Below are positions 12,100-20,000 of a stretch of 20,000 nt of DNA, piece after piece. The first letter of the stretch is position 1. The number at the start of each line of letters is the position of its first letter. This stretch comes from Welwitschia mirabilis. Its lineage: Eukaryota. The stretch is taken from contig JBOZIK010000001.1 in the NCBI GenBank assembly GCA_051453625.1, forward strand, positions 27,441,471 through 27,461,470, given 5' to 3'. Both the position numbers and the translations under genes were made by a program. Under the pieces are notes generated by a model. The model saw nothing but the letters and a program-made list of their open reading frames with translations. It did no database searches and was not told the origin of the DNA.

Positions 12100-12904
12100 A
12101 GTATCTCTTTCTTTTCAAAAACAAGTATTTTAAAGCCTTGAAATTACCAACTCCCAAAGTAAAATGAAAAAGAATATTGAAAAATTTAATGGAAAAATTT
12201 ACTACTCGTAAAGTACTAAAGCTAAAAGATCCTGATAAGATTGAACAATGGAAAGAAGATGATCAAGAATCCCTTTCTCTTATTGGGCTTAGCCTTGAGG
12301 ATAATTATCTTCATCACATTTATCTGAGTAAGATATCAAAGAAAGTATGGGATGATCTATGGAAACTATTTGGTTCAAGTGGAAATGAAGCTAAATAGGA
12401 ATTAAAACATCAATTGTATAGCTTGAGAATGAATGATTCAAAAGATATAAGTCAACATATAAATCATTTTAAATCTCTTCTAGTCCAACTTATTGCTATA
12501 AATTCAAAGATTGATAATGAAGATTCCAAAGCCATTCTTCTTAGTAGTCTTCCATCTAGATATGCTCATATCATTTTCACATTAAAGAAGATCCCATGCA
12601 CATTAGAAAACATAATCTCAACACTTATTGAAGAATACAAGAAAATGCAAGAACAAGAATCTTCTTAAGGAGCTCTAGTTCCTCAAAGACAAAATTTCAA
12701 AGTAGAGACAAGTACACTGATAAGAAACATGTGAAATGTTTCCATTGCAATAAGTGAGGACATATGTCTATGGATTGTATTTAACGTGCTAAAGATTTAA
12801 TCAGTTGCAAGTTGAAAACTTGAGCTCAAATTGTAAAAGCCTCATCTCAGCTAAAATATTTAAGAGATGAAGAACTTATAGAAGAAATTGTTAGAGGATT
12901 TTAA
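12100..12904 (+). pseudogene. Copia-type gag (UBN2-like domain plus CCHC zinc knuckle), degenerate
   Basis: ORFs 12177-12398 (LSLIGLSLEDNYLHHI...SKKVWDDLWKLF) and 12414-12668 (LRMNDSKDISQHINHFKSLLVQL...AILLSSLPSRY) lie in one frame split by a stop. Knuckle CFHCNK*GHMSMDC at 12737-12778. Start position approximate. Confidence 0.85.
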
Positions 12905-13155
12905 TTCATTTGGGTGTGTTCCATCTCTGTTTTGGATGTGTCCCATTTATGATTTTGGGTGTGTCCCACATATGTGTTTGGGTGTGTCCCATCTATGATC
13001 TCAGTGTGTCCCATGTTATGGTTCTAAGTATGCCACATATGTATTTGGGTGTGTCCCATTTATGATCTGGGTATGTCCCATTTATGGTTCTAAGTGTATC
13101 CCATATATATGGATTGGGTGTGTTCTAGTTATGTGTTTTTTGGTTCATCCCATAT
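12905..13155 (+). repeat. Tandem array of ~11 units of ~21-25 bp, consensus about TTTGGGTGTGTCCCATTTATG
   Basis: Units read directly, e.g. TTTTGGGTGTGTCCCACATATG, TTTGGGTGTGTCCCATCTATG, TTTGGGTGTGTCCCATTTATG, TCTGGGTATGTCCCATTTATG. Confidence 0.9.
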
Positions 13156-13198
13156 ACTTATGTAATGTCAATCCTTCATATATTTTAGATGTAACATT

Positions 13199-13207
13199 AA
13201 GAAGGGG
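13199..13207 (+). promoter_or_regulatory. Polypurine tract of the TR-GAG-like element
   Basis: AAGAAGGGG ending 2 nt before the 3' LTR TG at 13210. Confidence 0.8.
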
Positions 13208-13209
13208 TT

Positions 13210-13439
13210 TGTTGAGAAAATAGGATACAATGGATATGCTCCAATGGTTATCTTTGGTTTAGATCATATTATTTGGGACTCAATCCACATTTTTTGGATC
13301 TATTATTAGTCTGTAAGTTGATTATTTATTTGCATTCAATAATGAAATTCGTGAGTTGCACTTTCACGCTAATCTTCAAACCCCGTTCTTCAAACTTCAT
13401 TCTCCCTTCTACTACACTTCTATGTGCTCTGTAATTGCA
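13210..13439 (+). repeat. 3' LTR (230 bp) of the TR-GAG-like element
   Basis: TGTTGAGAAAATAGG...GTAATTGCA; direct repeat of 10628-10857. Confidence 0.92.
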
Positions 13440-14623
13440 AATATGAGTGGGAGTAGACATGAAATATCATATTCATGTTGAAGTCTCTAAGTATGAGATT
13501 TAGGTGCATTTGCAAAAGAATACTTAGGAACCAAAAATAAAGATTAATGTAAGAAATAAAAGCTATAATGCAAATGCAAGATTAACTAATATAAATGAAA
13601 TGCAAAACGAACTAATTCTACTTGCTTTTAGCCTTAATAAAGTCTTCCCTTGATAATCTATATTATACAAGAAATTGTCACTAGATCAAGGACAACATAG
13701 ACTATAAGGATAATCAGAAAATCTAATATGTAAATATAAAAACAAACAAAGTTTATATTAAGAAAAAGTAACAAGCATCTTGGTTACAAAACAACTGAGT
13801 CTCAATAGAGGATACACAGTCCTCTACCAAGTGCATATCTTTCTGCAACACTCAAGATGGATTTTCTGCCCTTCGACATCCTGTCATAAGGATTTTCAGT
13901 CTAATGAAGATGAGAAAGAGAATTGAAGGGGGACTTATTAATAGAAACATATAGCAGAAAATGATAAATAGTAGGTCTAGAAAGGCACACTTATTTACAA
14001 CTTAGAAATGAATGAAACAGTTATGGATCACTGTCATAGTTGGTTATATGTCATTAGGGATGATAGTTCATTATANNNNNNNNNNNNNNNNNNNNNNNNN
14101 NNNNNNNNNNNNNNNNNNNNNNNNNNNNNNNNNNNNNNNNNNNNNNNNNNNNNNNNNNNNTTCTTGAAAATAACTTTAGCATTTTTGTGAATAATCCTTC
14201 TTTAAAGCTCTGTGCATCAGAAAGTACCTTTAATATATCAAATTTGGATAAGAATCTCACTTTTCTGAGATTTTCTCTTATATATCCAAAATCCTTAGAA
14301 TTGCATCTAAACCTATATGAAAGTCCTATAAAACAACTCATAGAACCCCATCAAATAACCTTAAATTGGTAGTGCAACATAGCCCTTCACTTAACCTTTG
14401 TCAGTTTGTGATAAAAACTAGGTGGAAAAACCATAATTGCAAGATAATTTCTTTTTCAAAAGATAAATCTGAAGGTTATAAAACAAGTTCATAAAACACA
14501 TCACATAGATAAATAACAAGTAATGCATAATGCATATGCAAATTTTGAAAATTTTATGTCATGAAAGATCAAAATTAAGTTAATTTTTTTTTTTTAAAAA
14601 GAGCTATGAAAATGGGTCTCTAG

Positions 14624-14647
14624 CCCTCCCCCAACCCCCCACACCCT
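14624..14647 (-). promoter_or_regulatory. Probable PPT region of Athila-like copy B (G-rich)
   Basis: rc AGGGTGTGGGGGGTTGGGGGAGGG, resembling the GTGTGGGGG-type tracts that precede Athila 3' LTRs. Confidence 0.5.
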
Positions 14648-15650
14648 ATGTAATACCAAAGAAAAAGTAATATGTCTTGTATTAGAAAAACAAAGAAAAA
14701 AACATAAACGGAAGTAAGAAGATAGGTAAAAGAGGATAACTTTCTAAATGAAGTGCAAAGCTAAGTAATGTCAGCTTTGGATATTAACAAATATTGAGAT
14801 ATAGAATATTTTGACAGGTAAAGAAAAGAGTGGATAATAAAAATGTTTCTTCATAAAAAGAACATGAACAACACTTACAACACCAAAAAATATTAAATAA
14901 AACACTTATCTAAGTAAGAAATTATCTTTTATTGAAAACTTAAATAAAAAATGCTAAGAAAATACGATAATGACTTTGATATAACTAACCAAACCAAAAA
15001 AAAAAAAAAAAGAAGAAGAAGAAGAAGNNNNNNNNNNNNNNNNNNNNNNNNNNNNNNNNNNNNNNNNNNNNNNNNNNNNNNNNNNNNNNNNNNNNNNNNN
15101 NNNNNNNNNNNNNNNNNNNNNNNNNNNNNNNNNNNNNNNNNNNNNNNNNNNNNNNNNNNNNNNNNNNNNNNNNNNNNNNNNNNNNNNNNNNNNNNNNNNN
15201 NNNNNNNNNNNNNNNNNNNNNNNNNNNNNNNNNNNNNNNNNNNNNNNNNNNNNNNNNNNNNNNNNNNNNNNNNNNNNNNNNNNNNNNNNNNNNNNNNNNN
15301 NNNNNNNNNNNNNNNNNNNNNNNNNNNNNNNNNNNNNNNNNNNNNNNNNNNNNNNNNNNNNNNNNNNNNNNNNNNNNNNNNNNNNNNNNNNNNNNNNNNN
15401 NNNNNNNNNNNNNNNNNNNNNNNNNNNNNNNNNNNNNNNNNNNNNNNNNNNNNNNNNNNNNNNNNNNNNNNNNNNNNNNNNNNNNNNNNNNNNNNNNNNN
15501 NNNNNNNNNNNNNNNNNNNNNNNNNNNNNNNNNNNNNNNNNNNNNNNNNNNNNNNNNNNNNNNNNNNNNNNNNNNNNNNNNNNNNNNNNNNNNNNNNNNN
15601 NNNNNNNNNNNNNNNNNNNNNNNNNNNNNNNNNNNNNNNNNNNNCTCTCT

Positions 15651-15935
15651 CCAGATCAGGACATCCGCCCTATATGATTGGGATGCCCGGCTATGTATGC
15701 AATTTTATATACTGGGACGTCCATCCTGAGTAATTGGGACATCCGGAACTACACTCGGTTATTTATACTGGGATGTCCGCACTGTGAATTCGGGACGTCT
15801 GGCCCTATACGCGGATTTGCTATACAAGGACATCCATCCTGATAAACTGGGACGTCCGACTCTGTATACGGATTTCTATACTGAGACGTCTACACTGTGA
15901 ATCCGAGATGTCCGAGCCTGTATTCAGTTTTTCCA
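15651..15935. repeat. ~5 x 56/57-bp tandem repeat with 113-bp dimer structure; two GGACGTCC-like palindromes per unit
   Basis: Unit starts (TATAC...) at 15708, 15764, 15821 and 15877, plus a diverged unit from ~15651. Units alternate between ATCCTGA and CACTGTGAAT types. Confidence 0.88.
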
Positions 15936-16301
15936 GAAAAGAAGATTAAAAACCAGGACGTACGAGATTTTCCGATGGTACGTCTGAGAATATATTCGTT
16001 GACGCGGAATATAGCCGTTTATAGATGTTAACCACAGGTTTTATTTTCCAACAACTCTTTATTGGGCGTCGTGCTTTTGATTAGAAGATCAAAGACCTAG
16101 CTCTTGCTCTTGTGCTTATATATATTCCTTCTTATTGGATTGAAGAAAAAAATGCTAACATTTTGAAAAGATCTTTTTGAGCTCTGAAAAAGGCTGTCTA
16201 CAATCTGAAAGTTGTATGTCCTGAACTATGCTATCTATCATCAAAGGATTATCTGAATGTTAAATGCTGATGACATGTGCTAGATCTAGGCACTCTCCTA
16301 T

Positions 16302-16305
<4 letters not shown>

Positions 16306-16364
<59 letters not shown>
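16306..16364 (+). repeat. Compound (TC)15(AT)14 microsatellite
   Basis: Read directly. Confidence 0.95.
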
Positions 16365-16365
<1 letters not shown>

Positions 16366-19300
16366 CAAAACAACATTCTACATAACTAGACATTCCAAAA
16401 GACAAAGGTAAAAGATATAAGATTAAGATAGAAAAAAACAATCTTAAATAATCTAAGAACTTTTCACCATTGAAAAAACCATAAAAAATAGATCATCTTC
16501 TTCAATTAATGTTTATGGACATGTGAATGTCCTAAAAATGGGTGAATCTAATCTCAACACTAAAATGCCCAAGTCAAAAGACTAGTTATAAAAATAAATA
16601 CATAAATCATGTTTGGAAGATGATAAAGTAGTGTTATAATAATCTTTCAAAGATAAAGGATAAGAGAAAATTCAAACAATTTACTCATGAAATTCAAATT
16701 TTACCCATTTATTTCCTGTAATTCTTAAGTAGTCAAGTCATAAATTTCAACAGAGTCATAAAATGTATTTTCTTAAAATAATAAAAAATAAAAATCATTA
16801 TTTTATTAATTTTCATCCTGATCATCGTCTAGATGATAGAGAAGATGACAGAGGTATAGAAACAAAAAATTATTAGAAACACAGAAATTTATGAAAAAAC
16901 TAGAAAATTTAACAAGCTTGATTATCGTCCACCTTGTCATGGGGATGATATAGGAGATGACATATTATTAATAGAGAGAAGAAAACATAGAAACTATAAA
17001 TTGAAACAAAATTCAAAAATAGAAGATAAAAATAGAGAATCAGAAGTATCATGAAAACTAAAAATAAAATAAAGGTCAACAAATTTTATTTAATTTTTAG
17101 AATCTAACTCACACTTTTAAAGAAAATAATAAAGTAAAAGAAACATGATTTCAAGATTTTTAAAAAAATAAGGTCCAAACCAAATATTTACCAATTGATA
17201 AAACATGAAAGATATGCAATCATTTTTTAGTAAAATCAATTGCAAGAAAAGAAAGTAAAAAGATAATACCTTAATAGCATAATTTTTAGAATTTAGATAA
17301 GAGATAAAAGAATGATAAGTATCATTTAAAAATGATCTCTTAGGAAAATTTTCAGTATGTTGGTCATCATTGTAAAAGATATGTAAAAAGGGATTCAAAG
17401 AAAGTTTTCAATATGAATTTTAAGGATCTTTAAAATGTTTTCTATCATTTGATTTAGAACATGGATTCTTAAGGCGAAAACAAGGATTTTTTAATTTTGC
17501 ATAAGTACATCACAATTTGTTTCCATAAGAATTAATATAAGAGACAAGAAATTCATACAACTCTTGGAAAAACAATCTCTTATCAAACTCATGATATGAA
17601 GGCTTTGAAACATAGATTGCATTCAGAGCTTAATATTGAATATGAAAGGATTTATTTAAGATCCAAGAATTTGTAAGAAACTTCTTAGGATAAAAAATTA
17701 AGATAGGTTTAACGTACCTAAGAATCTCTTTAACATTTAATTTCAAACATGGACTGTGATCAAGAAGATATGGTTTTTCCCAATTAAGAGTTCTAAGGTA
17801 TTGCAAATTTTATTTTGAAAAAGAATGGTTAATGGAAGCACATGGTAGAATTGACTTTGCAAATGAGGAAAATATTTTTTTTCTCACATGAAGTTATCAA
17901 AGGAAGAGGTTGGAAGATTTTTGAATTCAAGTCAAGATGATGTGATTCATTACATTCAAGGACAAGAATGTGATTTGAAGAGGTACTTATTTGAATACTT
18001 TATTTATTGATTATATCTCCATCTTATTTATGATTGATAATTTATTACTTTTCATTTTGTTAAGGATTATTGTTCTTTTCTAAGTTAGTGGATTTCTTAA
18101 AAATATTATTATAATGATTGTAGAAAGAAACCTCTCGTTATTTGATGAAAGAAATTCTAATATTTCTTGGTTTGATTCCTATTTCTCTCTAAATAGCTCC
18201 ATTAAATCTAAACTATAATCCACATTTGACTTAAGTTAATTATTTTCCATTAATTCTATTTCAATTCTTATCTCCATTAATTTCAAAATTTGAATCTCAT
18301 ATATTGGTAGAACTCCTTCATCTTTACAAAACATGTGAAAGTTTAGGATATGATCTAAGATTTCAATATTATCTTCTTCTTCATTTTCTTCACTATTCTT
18401 ATTATTTTGTTACATGTTTCTTTTATTAGAAGGGAAAATGTAATCATCATTTCTATCATATATTAAAGAATTTTTATATTTCTCATGAATGCATTCTTCA
18501 TCTAGTAAATGATTTTCAAACACCTCAACATCATCATAGCCATCCTCATCTTTATTGTTGAAAGATATAGTTGAATTATCATTATCTTTCCTTGGCTCAT
18601 CTTTTAATATTTTATTCTTAACTTGGAAGCAAGGATCATAATCATTAATTCCTAAGTTATTTTCATTTTCCTCAAGGTAAGATGTAAAAGGATAGGTTTG
18701 AGGATTTTGCATTTGAAGAGATAGGATATTTTGTTTAAGAATTAAAATTAATTTTTTTAATTTTTTATTGATATTTTCTATGTGTTTATTGTTATCTTCT
18801 TGGTTCTTTACTATGTCCCTAAATTTTCCTATTGGATCATTTTTCTTTTTTGTAATAGTTTATGGGAGATGGGTGGGATGGGTGAAAATTATTATATGAA
18901 GTTGAATCTCTAAGATTTTTACCATTAGTTTTATATGACTTTTAAAAATAAAAGGAGGAATAATAAGGTGGTTGAAAAGAGGAATGGGTCCTATCTCTAA
19001 TCTCAACATTTTTTTATATTAGCCTTTCTTTTTCTGCAAAAATCTCTTTAAGTGTTTTCTTACCATCCTTCTTAGATTCTTTTCTCCTCTTTTTAGTAAG
19101 AATTTTCCCAAGTGTTTTATTACCATTATCCTCAGAATCATTTTTACACCTTTCAAAAAAAAACTATGTATATGGGTTATTCTATCACTATACATTTTTT
19201 AGAAGAATGGGAATAAGAGAATCTTACTTCAAGATGAAGGTAGGTGCTTAGAAATAATTGAGTTTTAAAAATTAAATGAGCTTAGAAAAAAATAATGTAT

Positions 19301-19859
19301 GCATCTATAATTTGTGTTCCTATCCTCTTTTAATACTTTCTTCTGTCAATAGTCCCCTTTTTCTGATAAGCCTTTTTTTGGATTGAACTTATTACGATTC
19401 CTGCAAACAAAGAATAATAGAAAAAAATTAAAAATAACATTGTCATCCTATCTATCGTGGGGATGATAGAAGGAATGACACACACATAGAACAGAAAAAA
19501 TAGAAAGAGAACTGTAACCAAAATAGAAAGTGGAAAACACAGAAAATAGAACTGTCATCCATCTAGTCATCTAGATGTCACAACAGAAAATAGAAACTAA
19601 TTTATTTTAGAAAAATCACAATCCAAAAATAAAACCAAAAATAAAAATTACACACTGTCATCTTGTCTGTCATGTGAATGACAGAGGGGATGACTACAAA
19701 TTTGTACAGAAAACTAAAACTAAAAAAACAAAAAGTAAAACACTGCACACAGAAAACCTATAGCTTCTAATAAAATACAATGTTGTATAGATAAATAACC
19801 AAACAGAGGTTCAATATATTCTCCCAAATGATGACAACCCTTGTACTCCTTAATAGCCT

Positions 19860-19877
19860 TCCTCGGTAATGGTGCCA
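19860..19877 (-). promoter_or_regulatory. Athila-type primer-binding site (degenerate)
   Basis: rc TGGCACCATTACCGAGGA versus the Athila consensus TGGCGCCGTTGCCGGGGA (4 G>A changes), 3 nt from the LTR end at 19881. Confidence 0.8.
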
Positions 19878-19880
19878 AGA

Positions 19881-20000
19881 TGTTGTAGTGTGTATTTATG
19901 AAAGTTTTTACATTTAAAGAGATCCTATCATTTATAACCAAAATAGATATTTTACACAATATATCACACTAGTATAAGTAGAAGTAGACTTAAAATGTTA
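19881..20000 (-). repeat. Inner (3') end of the 5' LTR of Athila-like copy B
   Basis: TGTTG terminus adjacent to the PBS; direct repeat of 9938-10058 (shared GATCCTATCATTTATAACCAAA...ATCACACTAGTAT). Confidence 0.85.

Larger units (their letters stand above)
10628..13439 (+). mobile_element. Gag-only non-autonomous copia-type LTR element (TR-GAG-like), 2812 bp, nested in the Athila-like LTR
   Basis: 230-bp TG...CA LTRs, PBS, PPT, flanks AATAC/AATAT (5-bp TSD with one C>T), gag remnant with CCHC knuckle, no pol, no gaps inside the element. Confidence 0.9.
9938..20000 (-). mobile_element. Athila-like Ty3/gypsy element, copy B, apparently non-autonomous: 3' LTR ~9938-14620, internal region to 19880, 5' LTR from 19881 off the right edge
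   Basis: Direct repeat of the LTR end at 9938-10058 and 19881-20000; Athila-type PBS at 19860-19877; G-rich PPT-like tract at 14624-14647; extensive inverted homology to 1-3191. No RT, RNase H or integrase motifs seen. Continuity across three N gaps is assumed. Confidence 0.7.

Noticed and set aside
12905..13155. CRISPR-like array of short palindromic repeats
   Set aside because: Units are head-to-tail and degenerate with no unique spacers; there are no cas genes and the array lies inside a plant LTR element.
14008..15733. ORFs 14008-14190, 14054-14341, 14187-14372 and 14951-15733 (KKKKKRRRRR 'NLS')
   Set aside because: Gap-spanning or chance ORFs in LTR/UTR sequence; the basic run is a translated poly-A/(AAG)n tract.
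15651..15935. CRISPR-like or iteron-like repeat-spacer pattern
   Set aside because: The intervening sequences are themselves repeated at a 113-bp period, so it is a tandem repeat; the context is eukaryotic.

Overview
AT-rich, gap-containing, eukaryotic (plant-type) DNA made almost entirely of decayed, nested transposable elements. I found no intact cellular gene, RNA gene or CRISPR array. Layout from left to right: (1) 1-3191, the 3' internal region and 3' LTR of an Athila-like (Ty3/gypsy) element on +, inserted into the RNase H of (2) a stop-riddled Sirevirus/SIRE-type Ty1/copia element on - (gag-pol 7653->3192, PBS, 5' LTR from 7720). (3) 8451-~9800, a CACTA/En-Spm transposase remnant on +. 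(4) 9938-20000, a second member of the same Athila-like family on -, with no recognisable pol. Its 3' LTR is interrupted by (5) a structurally complete 2.8-kb gag-only copia element (TR-GAG-like; 230-bp LTRs, PBS, PPT, near-perfect TSD, internal ~22-bp tandem array). Its internal region contains (6) a CpG-rich segment with a 56/57-bp higher-order repeat of GGACGTCC palindromes. The most interesting items are the non-autonomous elements and their repeat/hairpin modules. They fit known classes; family-level novelty cannot be judged without database searches. All alignments and counts were done by eye.
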